DNA of 64,000 nucleotides from an uncultured virus (IMG/VR IMGVR_UViG_3300034196_000153) (lineage: Duplodnaviria > Heunggongvirae > Uroviricota > Caudoviricetes): IMG/VR virus record IMGVR_UViG_3300034196_000153; one strand, written 5' to 3'. The position numbers and the translations under genes were made by a program. The notes below the pieces were generated by a model. That model made no database searches. It saw only the letters and a list, made by a program, of their open reading frames with translations, and was not told where the DNA came from. Below, piece after piece: positions 1-10,755 of the stretch (positions are counted from its first letter, which is position 1; the number at the start of each line of letters is the position of its first letter).

Positions 1-29
1 ACATTGTAATATTATCTTTTTTATTCATA

Positions 30-485
30 TTAAATCTCTTGATTAATTAAATTGTAAATGTTATTTGAAGCTTTTATTACTTCGTGTAAATAATAAACCC
101 ATGATGCAATGATACATATAACCATCAAGGGCATTGTTATTAGAATCATAATTTGGTCTACTATTACAAAAAAGAAAAACATTATTTCTGGTAATGGTAT
201 TTTTAATGTCAATGTTATGAATGTGGATGTAATCATGGGTATTAGTGATATAAACAAAATTATCATGGCAATTAGATATTTTTTCAAAATATTTCTAACG
301 TGTATCTGTAATAAACTCTCTTCATTTTTTTTGTAGTATTTAATATAGATATATATATTTGGGATAAGTATATACAGCAATACAAATACTCCATAAAATA
401 AAACAGTTATTGGAATGGAAGCTATTAATATTATTAGTATCAAATATATTTTCTTTAATTGCTTGTAGTTATTTAATTCATTCAT
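30..485 (-). CDS. Multi-TM membrane protein, paralog 1 of a 4-gene tandem family
   Basis: Hydrophobic segments; shares IY..(L/F)I, KYY and WxYY motifs with neighbours. Confidence 0.75.
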   Translation of the reverse strand: MNELNNYKQLKKIYLILIILIASIPITVLFYGVFVLLYILIPNIYIYIKYYKKNEESLLQIHVRNILKKYLIAMIILFISLIPMITSTFITLTLKIPLPEIMFFFFVIVDQIMILITMPLMVICIIASWVYYLHEVIKASNNIYNLINQEI

Positions 486-503
486 GATTTTATCTTTTTT
501 ATT

Positions 504-932
504 TTAAATTGCATTATTAAATAGGCGACTATCTACGTTGCCAGAAGCTTTAATTAAACTGTACAAGTAATATATCCACCCACCTAAAAAACCTATAAAA
601 ATTGAAGTCATTGAAAATATTAACACTAAATAGCCTGTTCCATTTTCTATTTTTGCATAGTTTATGAATAACATTGATAGCAGAGGTAAAAATGAAATAA
701 TAACGATTGTCATCGAAATTACACATTTTTTCAACATCTCACTGATATGTAATTCAAACGTGCTTTCACCATGTCGTTTATAATATTTACTGTAAATGTA
801 AAGATTAGGTATCAATATATACAGCAATAAAAATGGTCCAAAAAATAGTATGGCTATTGGTGAGATAGCTGTGAGCATTATCATTCTTGAATATATATTC
901 TTTAAACACTCATATTCGTTTAAATTATTCAA
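504..932 (-). CDS. Multi-TM membrane protein, paralog 2
   Basis: LLYILIPNLYIYSKYY and GWIYY nearly match 30..485. Confidence 0.75.
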   Translation of the reverse strand: MNNLNEYECLKNIYSRMIMLTAISPIAILFFGPFLLLYILIPNLYIYSKYYKRHGESTFELHISEMLKKCVISMTIVIISFLPLLSMLFINYAKIENGTGYLVLIFSMTSIFIGFLGGWIYYLYSLIKASGNVDSRLFNNAI

Positions 933-1375
933 ACTTCACCTCTTATTTGTTTATTGAGTAAACTGTGATTTTTAATTAATTTGTATCCATAATACGACCA
1001 AGAAAACGCTGGGCCTATGAAACAGCCAATAGCCGCCAAGAACATCATTAGATATTCACCACCAGTGGGTTGACCACCATCTGCTCCAACAAAAACTAAC
1101 ATCGGCAACAAAGAAACTACAAGTATTCCACCGGATATCCAAAAAGCCATCAATATTTTTTTAATATGAGATTGAAAAGCGTCATGATCAGTAAGCTTAT
1201 AATATTTTGTCCAGATTAAGGCATGAGGAACAATAATTAATAAAAGGAGCAAAAGAATGGCAAGTATATAAGATTGAAACGCAATGTAAAAACAAAGTGT
1301 AGGCACTGCAAACGTCATAAAAATTAAAACTTTGTAAATATTATCCAATGTTGAATATCGGTTGTTGTCATCCAT
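929..1375 (-). CDS. Multi-TM membrane protein, paralog 3 (start MDDNN chosen)
   Basis: KYY and WSYY motifs; length matches the paralogs from ATG 1375. Confidence 0.7.
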   Translation of the reverse strand: MDDNNRYSTLDNIYKVLIFMTFAVPTLCFYIAFQSYILAILLLLLLIIVPHALIWTKYYKLTDHDAFQSHIKKILMAFWISGGILVVSLLPMLVFVGADGGQPTGGEYLMMFLAAIGCFIGPAFSWSYYGYKLIKNHSLLNKQIRGEV

Positions 1376-1486
1376 GAGGACACATCTTTGATTGTTGTTT
1401 ATATTATTATAATATGTAGTTGTTCTTTTACAATCAAATAAACTAAAAAAAGACACATAAGTGCCTTTTAAATATTATTGTTGTTT

Positions 1487-1927
1487 TCAAGCTATAAATA
1501 TATTATTTTTTTTCTTTTTCATTTTTTCAAATTGATGATATTCCTTTATCAAAACGACTAAATAATAGCCCCATGCACCGATAGAACCTATAAATTTTAT
1601 GACCACAGCAATCATATCCATCGTCGCAGTCATGTCATTGACAACCGTATATGAAGTTATTAAAGCAGGTATAGAGGTTAGGAACAAAATAGTAATGGAT
1701 GTGCTAAAGAAATGCAGTAATTTTCTAATCTCTCTATCAAAAGATGAGCGAACCAATTCGTTGTAATATTTCATAGACATGATTAAGTTGGCTATTAGAG
1801 CGATTGTTAACACCACTGGTAGTCCAAAGGGAAATGAAATGAATAATGCCATGATTGGCCCACAGATTGTGAGTGCTATAAAAATTCTATAAATTGTAGT
1901 TAATATTGATTGATCCTGAGTGTTCAT
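1487..1927 (-). CDS. Multi-TM membrane protein, paralog 4
   Basis: KYY and WGYY motifs; AAGGA RBS. Confidence 0.7.
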   Translation of the reverse strand: MNTQDQSILTTIYRIFIALTICGPIMALFISFPFGLPVVLTIALIANLIMSMKYYNELVRSSFDREIRKLLHFFSTSITILFLTSIPALITSYTVVNDMTATMDMIAVVIKFIGSIGAWGYYLVVLIKEYHQFEKMKKKKNNIFIA

Positions 1928-2039
1928 AATTTCCTTATTATAATTGTTTTAGGTTGTCGTTTAAATAATACATTCTAATTTATTATTACTACTTTAAGCA
2001 TTATAATATGACGATTTTCTTTTGCAATCATCGAACAAT

Positions 2040-2065
2040 AAAAAAGACACCGCAGTGTCTTTTTT
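2040..2065. terminator. Intrinsic terminator hairpin, bidirectional form
   Basis: AAAAAGACAC-CGCA-GTGTCTTTTTT. Confidence 0.7.
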
Positions 2066-2076
2066 ACATACTCTAA

Positions 2077-4215
2077 TTAGAATCCAATGGTTAAATTAGT
2101 AATATCGACACCATCAGTTTCTTTTTTCTTTCTAGCCTTTCTAACTGCAGTTACTTTAGGTTTGACTTGTTCTTCTAGTTTCGTCACCTTCTCAATGAGA
2201 TAATCAATCATCTTCTTGTCGCTAAAATGTCCATCACTTTTACTATGAGCAGCTTTCACCGTTTTCGTACTTGTTAAAGTGATGCCCACCAGTGATTTAA
2301 CACTTTTTGATGTTTGATTGAAATCATAAATGAAATATTGCTTTCCACCTCTTTCAACATATTGGTCAAAATAAGTCTTGTTTCGACTAATACACCAAGA
2401 ACCACTTCCTAATTTTTTAGATTGCTCAAAGTTAGAAATTTCCAGAATAAGAATATTATCTGTATCTGAAATAACGTTTACTTTGTTAGATGAAGCTTTA
2501 ATTTTAATGGATTCCATATCAAAGTCATTAAAACTATTGATTAAACTTTTAATATGTTCATTAAACATTTTTTCAGTTTCAACAGCCGCCAACTTTTTAC
2601 CAATCATTTCTTGCACAATCTTTGAATCAATGCCTAAATCATAGAGTTCTTTAAACAGCTTATAACTTTGAGTATTGTACAAATGTTTATACTTACTGCT
2701 CACAATGCTTTCAGCGTATTTTTTAATTTTATGTTCACGAATTAATTTGTGCATTTTGTCATCAATTTTTTCGAATGAAGCTACTTTTTTGCAGGCTTCA
2801 ATGAAATCAAATTTTAATGATTTTAAAATGTTTTCGTTTTTGAAATAAGTATCAATGGATACCATTATTTTGTTAAACTGCAATGGTTTATCATAATACG
2901 GCTCAGCACTCTCATTGATTTTATTAATAGCACTTTCAAACACATTGCTAATAACCTTGGCAATCGTTGGGTTTTTTCTAAGCGTGTGCTTCAAGTAACC
3001 AACCATTGCTGCTTTTACAAGATGTTTGGTTTCATTAATATCAACAAAAACTTCAAATCTCTCTTGACCATCCACCAAAATAGCTAAACTTTTATCTTCA
3101 AAAATGATTACTTTTTTATAATGGATATTTTGATGAGAAATGTTCTCAGCAATCAACATGACATCTTTTGTTCTTTTTTCTAAGAAAGTTTCAATAGCGT
3201 GTTCGTCATATATTTTGTTAGGTGTCAAAAGCGTTACATCTTCACTGAAAAACTTTGCTTTTGTTACAGGCAGAACAATTTTATCTTTCATTTTCTTATA
3301 GGCTGAATGGATTGAGGTGATTAACACTTTATTATTGTTTCTAATTTCAACTTCATCATACTCATCGTTTTTAACAGAAACCATAGCCTTTTTGATGTTG
3401 TTTTTCAAAAAATCAATTTTTTCTTGAAGTCTGTCTACTTCATTGATAATTTCGTTATCTACAACATATTTCTCTCTATTCATTGAATTGAATGAATTAC
3501 GTGGATTAATAAAGCCTTCGAATCCGTGGTGTGGTTTGTTGTAATAAATCTCTCGCATAATACTGTGAGATTTCTTTATAAAACCTATCGAATGATTTCT
3601 AATATCACTAAATTCAGACATCAATTGCTGGTAAATTTTAAAGCTCTCTTTATCTTTTTCTAGAAATTCAAGCACGGGTGCCATTTCACTGGAAATGGTT
3701 ACATTATGTGTTTTTGCAAACGACAACCATTCATCCACCAGTGGAGTGCAATTTAAAACATTTCGAATCATAAATAGTTCTCTGATCGCATGATAGGACA
3801 TTTGAATAGAGCTTTCAAAATTCATCAGTTTGTATTCAAATGTTTTTATAATGTCTTCTTTTGAGAGATCTTTGTTTCTTTTCATCAAGGATGGCATGAA
3901 TTGGCGAGATTCATTATCAAAATCCATGTAATGAGACATTTCAAGTTTTTTATTGGTCATACTGAGCATGGATAAATCCATATCTAGGAATTCTAACCCC
4001 AAACACATTTTAAAATCATTATCATTACGAATATCAGATAAATTATATTTTTTAAATGCTTCATACTTATTAGTATCATCTAGGTCTTCCAAATAAACAA
4101 ATGATCCATAGTCTCTATCGAATCTTGAATTGTAATGATGATGATGATAGTGATAACCTTGTTGTTTTAAACACAGTTCTTCAAGCACTTTGTAAAATTT
4201 AGGATTGATATGCAT
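2077..4215 (-). CDS. Large hypothetical protein (712 aa) with C-terminal GS-x-SWCI domain; paralog of 20998..22908
   Basis: Shared HKI..Y..SI.S.KY.HLY, GKKLA, GSxSWCI, QYFIYDxN and AAH motifs. Confidence 0.8.
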   Translation of the reverse strand: MHINPKFYKVLEELCLKQQGYHYHHHHYNSRFDRDYGSFVYLEDLDDTNKYEAFKKYNLSDIRNDNDFKMCLGLEFLDMDLSMLSMTNKKLEMSHYMDFDNESRQFMPSLMKRNKDLSKEDIIKTFEYKLMNFESSIQMSYHAIRELFMIRNVLNCTPLVDEWLSFAKTHNVTISSEMAPVLEFLEKDKESFKIYQQLMSEFSDIRNHSIGFIKKSHSIMREIYYNKPHHGFEGFINPRNSFNSMNREKYVVDNEIINEVDRLQEKIDFLKNNIKKAMVSVKNDEYDEVEIRNNNKVLITSIHSAYKKMKDKIVLPVTKAKFFSEDVTLLTPNKIYDEHAIETFLEKRTKDVMLIAENISHQNIHYKKVIIFEDKSLAILVDGQERFEVFVDINETKHLVKAAMVGYLKHTLRKNPTIAKVISNVFESAINKINESAEPYYDKPLQFNKIMVSIDTYFKNENILKSLKFDFIEACKKVASFEKIDDKMHKLIREHKIKKYAESIVSSKYKHLYNTQSYKLFKELYDLGIDSKIVQEMIGKKLAAVETEKMFNEHIKSLINSFNDFDMESIKIKASSNKVNVISDTDNILILEISNFEQSKKLGSGSWCISRNKTYFDQYVERGGKQYFIYDFNQTSKSVKSLVGITLTSTKTVKAAHSKSDGHFSDKKMIDYLIEKVTKLEEQVKPKVTAVRKARKKKETDGVDITNLTIGF

Positions 4216-4319
4216 ACAATAAACACCTCTTTAAAATTTGGGCTATTATAGCAAAATATGACGGCATCTGTCAATTTATTTACTTATTTTGAAGCCTTTA
4301 ATTCGTTTATTTTGAGCTA

Positions 4320-4348
4320 TTGACAATAAAGATAAATATTGCTATATT
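4320..4348 (+). promoter_or_regulatory. sigma70-type promoter
   Basis: TTGACA-17 nt-TATATT with extended TG. Confidence 0.7.
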
Positions 4349-4390
4349 TAAAGCTCAAACACATAAGCTTAATTAAATGAGGATTTAGAT

Positions 4391-4546
4391 ATGGCTAAAA
4401 TTGTAGTGAACACCAAGACTGAACGCAAAGAACGTGAAATTGAGCTGGCATGGAAACAGCATGAAGCCAAATTTGCACCACGGGTATCGAAAGAACAAGC
4501 ATGGGAACGTTTCGAACAGCTACGAGAAAAAGCACTCGGTTATTGA
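4391..4546 (+). CDS. Small hypothetical protein, 51 aa (MAKIVVNTK...EKALGY); below the ORF-track cutoff
   Basis: GAGGA RBS, upstream promoter, downstream terminator AGGCAGCC..GGTTGCCTTTTTT. Confidence 0.7.
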   Translation: MAKIVVNTKTERKEREIELAWKQHEAKFAPRVSKEQAWERFEQLREKALGY

Positions 4547-4657
4547 TTTTAACCACTTAAACACCATAGGCAGCCAAAATCGGTTGCCTTTTTTATTTCT
4601 TGCTCAAAATGACCCAATATGTTATGATGGGACATCATTTTTTGGAGCTATACTACC

Positions 4658-5272
4658 ATGAGAGATTTAAATTCATTTGATTTTACCAACGTGAAGACCT
4701 TTATTCAGTCCGCATTTCAAAAGAGTGTTGACCTTGGAGCTTTTCAAGATGTTGGCTTTTCAGTGGAAAGCTTTATGAATCGTGTTATGGAGAATGGTTT
4801 CGAACCCACATTCACTTACATGAAATCTCAATCCAATAATTTTGAGCGAATTACATACAGCACAGCGTATCGCCGTAAGTCCAGTAGTGGTAAGGTCGCT
4901 AAAACTTCGATTATCTACTATCGCTTCGATACCGAATTTGAAGCCCGAGAAGAGGGTGTAAAGCACGTCTATTCTGGTAACTTTCTTCGCCTTTGCTGGC
5001 CGGTTCACCTGATGAATAAAAAAGACCTCTGGTTTAATTTGGATACTGGTGATATTTGGCTCACTTACCGCCATCCTAGTGAGGTTAACGAAAGTCATAA
5101 AAAAGTTACTATGGATGAACTTCTTAATTTGTTTTATGTCGAAACAATGGGTTCTCTTCATTATATTGTTAACAAAAAAACTAATGTTGGTATGACTAAA
5201 AAGTTCTTTTTTGAATTGCCTGATGAAACGATTCGTTCTCATGTGTCTCTTTGTGATATGATTGAGGTGTGA
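4658..5272 (+). CDS. Hypothetical protein, C-terminal MxxI-motif family (ends DMIEV)
   Basis: GGAG RBS; terminal motif. Confidence 0.75.
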   Translation: MRDLNSFDFTNVKTFIQSAFQKSVDLGAFQDVGFSVESFMNRVMENGFEPTFTYMKSQSNNFERITYSTAYRRKSSSGKVAKTSIIYYRFDTEFEAREEGVKHVYSGNFLRLCWPVHLMNKKDLWFNLDTGDIWLTYRHPSEVNESHKKVTMDELLNLFYVETMGSLHYIVNKKTNVGMTKKFFFELPDETIRSHVSLCDMIEV

Positions 5273-5273
5273 C

Positions 5274-6041
5274 ATGAGTAATACACATGCTGAACTGGTT
5301 AGATTAACTGCTTTGTTTATTGAAAAGTATGGCACTATCATTTCTAAAAACAGGCCAGATAGTGAAATGAAATATGGCTACAATACGAGTGGTTCGTCTA
5401 ATGTCTCTTTTCATCTTAATGATGACACTTGCTATATTTTTGAAATTATCCCTCATGCTCGTACTATAAAAATTCAATTAGCTACATTAAAAACACCAGA
5501 GCAGCCTATTTATCGTGATTTTTTGAAGGCTGCACCTTTTATTAATATTGACTATAAAAGAGTTTTTGAGATATTTGATTTTATTAAAACCGATGATGCA
5601 CAATTAGACTCCATTAAATCATTTAAACGATTTAATGCTATTTCGGATTCTTGTCATGATTTCTTTAACACTAATAAATTGACTTACGAAATCGGATATA
5701 AAGATTTTTATAAAAAAATAAATAGACGAGTTAAAATAAATACCGTTATTGGTAAACATTTAGGTTTTGATGCCGATATGAATATCATTGTTCACTATAA
5801 TATTGACTTCATGTTTTCTGATCGTGATGTTATTGCTATCAAATTTAATAATGTTGATGACCATTATTCAGTTGATGAAAATTATATGAATAAAGAACAG
5901 CTTTTAGATTACATTTCAGTTAAAAGAAGACGTGCCATTCGTAAAAATATCAACAGAAGTTTTAAAAATATTGATTTTGATATTGACTTTGATAACAAAT
6001 ATCAAGAACAAATACAATTATTAGAAATGCTGGCTATTTAA
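5274..6041 (+). CDS. Hypothetical protein, MxxI-motif family (ends LLEMLAI)
   Basis: GAGGTG RBS; terminal motif. Confidence 0.75.
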   Translation: MSNTHAELVRLTALFIEKYGTIISKNRPDSEMKYGYNTSGSSNVSFHLNDDTCYIFEIIPHARTIKIQLATLKTPEQPIYRDFLKAAPFINIDYKRVFEIFDFIKTDDAQLDSIKSFKRFNAISDSCHDFFNTNKLTYEIGYKDFYKKINRRVKINTVIGKHLGFDADMNIIVHYNIDFMFSDRDVIAIKFNNVDDHYSVDENYMNKEQLLDYISVKRRRAIRKNINRSFKNIDFDIDFDNKYQEQIQLLEMLAI

Positions 6042-6050
6042 GGATATTAC

Positions 6051-6794
6051 ATGTTAGAAGTAATTATTAATAAATTTTTAGAACGTTACCACACTGATTT
6101 TAGTTTGGGTGGCTATTCTGTACATAAGGTTACCCATTCTCCCAGTATTTCTGTGCTAAAAATGATTTCTGACGATTATGTTTTGACATTTACATTATTT
6201 AATGAACAGCCTTTACGTTTGTTGGTTGATATTCATTACTGTGATCAATTTAAACTTAATGAAAAAAACAAATCCGTTATTTTAAACAGAGAACTATCTT
6301 TTTTTCCATTCAACTCGCATAAACATGAAATTCTAGACGCTGTTCAAAAAGAGATTTGTGAGCGTCTTGGGGTCTGTGAATTGGTAGACGCTACTGATGA
6401 TCTTACTAAATCGGCTTCTGATAATTTATATAATGCTCGATTTAATAATAAGCTCTTTGAAGTTGTACCTAGTATGAAAAAAACAGTAGGTGGTCTTAAA
6501 ATCTTTCGATTAAATAATTATGTGATTAATATTACAACCGATGGTGAAGTATTTTATAACACTAAAACTTACTATTCTTTTGATAATGATTATTTTCTTT
6601 TTAATAATAATGATGATGTCTATTCCTATTGTGGTGTTGATTATGTGGAACATGAACTTGAATCGTTATTTTTAAAAATTATTGTGAATAGAATTAATAA
6701 TGAAATATTTAAAGAGACAGAAATTTCTTTAATGCATGAATCAGAAGAATTCATTAAAAAAGCTATTAATGTTTACAAAATGCTGAAAATTTGA
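6051..6794 (+). CDS. Hypothetical protein, MxxI-motif family (ends KMLKI)
   Basis: AAGGA RBS; terminal motif. Confidence 0.75.
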   Translation: MLEVIINKFLERYHTDFSLGGYSVHKVTHSPSISVLKMISDDYVLTFTLFNEQPLRLLVDIHYCDQFKLNEKNKSVILNRELSFFPFNSHKHEILDAVQKEICERLGVCELVDATDDLTKSASDNLYNARFNNKLFEVVPSMKKTVGGLKIFRLNNYVINITTDGEVFYNTKTYYSFDNDYFLFNNNDDVYSYCGVDYVEHELESLFLKIIVNRINNEIFKETEISLMHESEEFIKKAINVYKMLKI

Positions 6795-6847
6795 TTTATT
6801 TTTATATGTTTTTATGATATAATGGGTCATCTTTCATTGGAGATCCT

Positions 6848-7657
6848 ATGGACAATCTATTTATAGAACAATTTGCTTCAAATTATTCCGCCAAGCTGTT
6901 TGCGGAAGGTTTTGTCTATAAGGATAAATCTGCCAGTGAACCGAAATTTTTTGATCGTAAATTTTTCTCCGTATTGACCATCCCTAATAAAAATGGTGAT
7001 ATTCTTTATATAGAAGAAACAGCCAAAGAAAATAATAGTAACTATAAGTCTTATGACCTTTATTTTTCGTTTAATACAAAAGATGATGATGAAAAGACAG
7101 TTCGTATGCTTCGTTACCTTGATAAAATCTTTAATGTTAATTTTAATTACATGAAAGCTATTCATGACAGCTATGTTCAGGCGGGTTTAGATGTAGGTTT
7201 GTTTATTAAAAAGGGTGATGTAGAATTTAAACCAAATTCTATGCTTTCCCATATGGACATATCTTTCGTTAATAAGAAGTTTAATCTAGCCATTCAGAAT
7301 GTTATCTATAATCCAGTTGTCGATAAGATTATCAGAACTAAGAAAATTGATTTGAAAGGTGGTGTTCCTCAATCTTTTGATGATGGCGAGTTTACAGCTA
7401 CATTCCAGACAAAGTTATTATTTCTTGACCAAAGTCCTTTCTTTTTTTATAACAATGGGGAAACGCCTATTTTAGTCCATTCCCCAAATAGCACCATGAC
7501 TGATGTGTTAACCGTAGGTATGCTTTACACTTATTTTTATGACAGCTTTAAAGATCGTATCGGAAAAAAATTCTTGGATATGGACATTGATCTTAAAAGT
7601 ATTAACAAAGAATTATTTGATAGTTATATTGATGTTATTGATATGGCAAAAATTTAA
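6848..7657 (+). CDS. Hypothetical protein, MxxI-motif family (ends DMAKI)
   Basis: TGATATAAT promoter and GGAG RBS; terminal motif. Confidence 0.75.
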   Translation: MDNLFIEQFASNYSAKLFAEGFVYKDKSASEPKFFDRKFFSVLTIPNKNGDILYIEETAKENNSNYKSYDLYFSFNTKDDDEKTVRMLRYLDKIFNVNFNYMKAIHDSYVQAGLDVGLFIKKGDVEFKPNSMLSHMDISFVNKKFNLAIQNVIYNPVVDKIIRTKKIDLKGGVPQSFDDGEFTATFQTKLLFLDQSPFFFYNNGETPILVHSPNSTMTDVLTVGMLYTYFYDSFKDRIGKKFLDMDIDLKSINKELFDSYIDVIDMAKI

Positions 7658-7679
7658 ATTAAATGATGGAGTTACAGAT

Positions 7680-8417
7680 ATGTTGAAAAAGTTAATCATT
7701 CCAGTATTTACTAAATTCTTTAAAGAACATTTCAGTGTAGATGTTGTTGTCGAAGAAGTTCCTGCTGTGAATCCAGTTTTTACAGTGAGTATTTATAATG
7801 GAAACAAAAAACAACACCTGCTTATTATTTATATCAATGATAGACAAGGCATCTTGCCTATCTTAAATGTTTACCATTATGATGGTGAAGGTGAGCTTTA
7901 TTTACATGGAATGGTTAAAAAAGCTAAACGAGTTGATTCTCATTATACTCGTATTATTAAAATGTTTGAAAACATACATGAACAATTATCATTATTCAAA
8001 ACGACCAAATTAGAATCAGAAGACAATATCTTTAACCTTTTTACATCTGATCGGGTGAACCGAGTTAATGATTTTAATAAATTATCAGGGACTGATATTG
8101 CAAAGTTCACGTCTGTATTAGGCTTAACAACTATTCGACATGATTGCGTATTTACTATTTACAATAAAGAGTTATATCTTGATCTTAGATTGAATTGCTC
8201 AGTTAACTTTTCTGATAAACTCATCAGCTCACACCCACAATTATTGGAGAATAATCCATCTTATTATAATGATTTAGAGAAAGGGCTGTATAATTTATCA
8301 AGATCATCTATTATTAATAGGATTCGGCAGAATTTAAAAATTACGCTTAATCCACAAGAAGTTTTAGATGAAGATATTGTTCGATATGTTCAACTATTAG
8401 AGATGAATAAAATATGA
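7680..8417 (+). CDS. Hypothetical protein, MxxI-motif family (ends LLEMNKI)
   Basis: GGAG RBS before ATG 7680; terminal motif. Confidence 0.75.
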   Translation: MLKKLIIPVFTKFFKEHFSVDVVVEEVPAVNPVFTVSIYNGNKKQHLLIIYINDRQGILPILNVYHYDGEGELYLHGMVKKAKRVDSHYTRIIKMFENIHEQLSLFKTTKLESEDNIFNLFTSDRVNRVNDFNKLSGTDIAKFTSVLGLTTIRHDCVFTIYNKELYLDLRLNCSVNFSDKLISSHPQLLENNPSYYNDLEKGLYNLSRSSIINRIRQNLKITLNPQEVLDEDIVRYVQLLEMNKI

Positions 8418-9166
8418 ATATGAATGATTTGTGTGATTCAATTATATTTAAAATAAAGCCATTTTTTAAGGAAAACGTTCTCGAACCAGTCTTTTTTCAG
8501 AAACGGACTAAGGGCGATGTCGGCAGTCATAATGTTTTTCCTGATGTTCGTGTACTTACCGCGTCAGGAGACATTATTTTTAGTTTTATTATTTCAGCAG
8601 TAAGTCAGGCTAAAAGTCATTCAATTAATATAGTGATTGGTGACCAAAAGTATTTAGATATCTACAATTTATTTGTAAAAGAATGTTGTGTTGATGGCTT
8701 TAATTTCTTTTCATTGTTTGTTGATTCTATGATTAAAAAAAGTGCTCATTTAAAATTTATCAAAGCTGTCAATATATTACAAGATTCCAAGACAATTGAG
8801 TATTCATCAAGTTTGCATGGTATTATTGATCGACAAACCTATGCAATACTTGAAACTGCTTTTGAAACTATTGAAATACAACAAAGACCTCTATTCATTT
8901 TTGAAAACAACAAATTCTATCTTAATCCAGAATTTATATTTACGTTGGGAGGTGGTAAATTAAAATTTATCAAGAAAACAGAAAATAATGATAAATACAT
9001 TAAGGATTATGTTTCTAAATGTGCTGATTTATTTTATACACAATATTTGAACTATATACAATCAGCATTAAGTGAACTCTATGATGTTCCAGTGAATGAG
9101 ATTTCTAATTGGTCGCCAGAATTATTGATGTCTTATTATCCTGTATTAGCAATGGAGGTTTGTTAA
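8414..9166 (+). CDS. Hypothetical protein, YYPVL subfamily of the MxxI family
   Basis: FIFE.N.FYL and YYPVL shared with the next two ORFs. Confidence 0.75.
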   Translation: MNMNDLCDSIIFKIKPFFKENVLEPVFFQKRTKGDVGSHNVFPDVRVLTASGDIIFSFIISAVSQAKSHSINIVIGDQKYLDIYNLFVKECCVDGFNFFSLFVDSMIKKSAHLKFIKAVNILQDSKTIEYSSSLHGIIDRQTYAILETAFETIEIQQRPLFIFENNKFYLNPEFIFTLGGGKLKFIKKTENNDKYIKDYVSKCADLFYTQYLNYIQSALSELYDVPVNEISNWSPELLMSYYPVLAMEVC

Positions 9167-9925
9167 ATGACAACAGAACAACTAATTGAAAGCATGAAGT
9201 CAGTTTTAAGCTTGTTTGCGGCTCAGCATCTTAATTATCCTGTTATGTTTAAGGCGTCATTAAATAATACTAAGCCTAATGGCATTTCTTTGGATATTTT
9301 ACATATGCAATCCTCTACAGGACAACTTTTATTATCTTTTATTATTATGAAAGACAGAAGGATCTATGATCAAAAATTTAAATCTATCGAAGTAAAAATC
9401 CACGATGAAAAACATTTAAACATATTGAATAAATTCATAGCTGTGTGTAGCCAATACAGTTCTAATTCATTTAATCTATTTATGAATGAAACACTTAAAC
9501 AGACCGATCATCTCAAATTAATAACCTCTATTGATGTATTGCCACTTGAGGAAAGAAAGTTGATTATAGATGGTGCATATATTAGAGTGGATTTTGCTGT
9601 CCATGCAGTTATGAAAACACCTTTTGAAGTCATCAACATTTATAAGATACCCAAATTCATTTTTGAGGATAATAAATTTTACTTACATGATAAGTTTAGT
9701 TTTAATTCACTAGGTCAACACTATACGTTTGCTCAAAAAACTGAAGACGTAGATGTCATGAAGGTTGAAGTTAAAGAATTCGCTCAGAAATTTTATGAAG
9801 AACACTATGAAATCATCACTTCAAAGATTAATGAACTGTATGATGTTCCGTTTACTGAATTTGGCCTTTGGACTGATAAACAGTTCCGTGCTTATTACCC
9901 AGTATTGTCAATGGAACGTTATTAA
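9167..9925 (+). CDS. Hypothetical protein, YYPVL subfamily
   Basis: Paralog of flanking ORFs; ends SMERY. Confidence 0.75.
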   Translation: MTTEQLIESMKSVLSLFAAQHLNYPVMFKASLNNTKPNGISLDILHMQSSTGQLLLSFIIMKDRRIYDQKFKSIEVKIHDEKHLNILNKFIAVCSQYSSNSFNLFMNETLKQTDHLKLITSIDVLPLEERKLIIDGAYIRVDFAVHAVMKTPFEVINIYKIPKFIFEDNKFYLHDKFSFNSLGQHYTFAQKTEDVDVMKVEVKEFAQKFYEEHYEIITSKINELYDVPFTEFGLWTDKQFRAYYPVLSMERY

Positions 9926-9943
9926 TGATAGGAAACATAAAAA

Positions 9944-10708
9944 ATGAACGATAATGAATTATGTCAAGCAATGATCGCAGAGTTAAGACCTTTCTTTGAG
10001 AAAAACATGAAAGGTTCTGTTATTTTTCATACCCGCACTGGGTTGGGTCAATATACTGGTGGTCGGACAATTTGTTGCTTGGATGTCAATACAAGTAAAG
10101 CTAAGTCTATTTTTCGTTTTACCATTAATAACAATGTGGAAAAAGGTAATTATTTGGTAAATAATATTACCTTAGATATTGATAATAAAAAATATTTGCC
10201 ACTTTATAATAAGTTTATTAAACACTGCAGTGAACAAAGCACAGATTCTTTTTCATTATTTATGAAGGCTGCTAGTGATTACAGTGAACAACTAAAAATT
10301 ATCTCGAAAATAAATGTTTTACCTTTTATAAAGAGAACATTAAAATTTGGTTCATGGAAGACACTCATGATGGATACAACTCTTCATGCGGAAGTTACAA
10401 CACCTTTTGAGACTTTCAAGGTTTATAAAAGAGCTAAATTTATATTTGAAAATAATCAATTTTATCTTAATGATGAATTTCACTTCATATCATTTGGTAT
10501 GGATTTTGTATTTCAGAAAAACAGTGAACAGGATAGTTTAGTTAAAATGCAGTTGCATAGTTTTGCTACTCAATTTTATGATCTTCATCAAGTTCAGATT
10601 TTAGGTTCAATCATTCGTTTATATAATTTACCTCACACCGAAGTTAATGATTTTAGTAACGAAGAAATTATGAGTTACTATCCAGTTTTGGCTATCGAAC
10701 ACTATTGA
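9944..10708 (+). CDS. Hypothetical protein, YYPVL subfamily
   Basis: Paralog; ends AIEHY. Confidence 0.75.
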   Translation: MNDNELCQAMIAELRPFFEKNMKGSVIFHTRTGLGQYTGGRTICCLDVNTSKAKSIFRFTINNNVEKGNYLVNNITLDIDNKKYLPLYNKFIKHCSEQSTDSFSLFMKAASDYSEQLKIISKINVLPFIKRTLKFGSWKTLMMDTTLHAEVTTPFETFKVYKRAKFIFENNQFYLNDEFHFISFGMDFVFQKNSEQDSLVKMQLHSFATQFYDLHQVQILGSIIRLYNLPHTEVNDFSNEEIMSYYPVLAIEHY

Positions 10709-10755
10709 ATAAACAGTATTACTGTGTTAGAATATCGAATATTTGAGAGGTTCCT

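Noticed and set aside
4132..4155. His-rich run YHYHHHHY as a possible His-sensing leader
   Set aside because: Internal to a 712-aa CDS with no associated terminator
4434..4661. 75-aa ORF from the track
   Set aside because: No RBS and runs through a terminator; the overlapping 4391..4546 ORF has promoter, RBS and terminator support
4760..5341. 193-aa antisense ORF, and the many other short antisense ORFs inside long genes
   Set aside because: Fully overlap better-supported genes on the opposite strand and lack RBS or motifs
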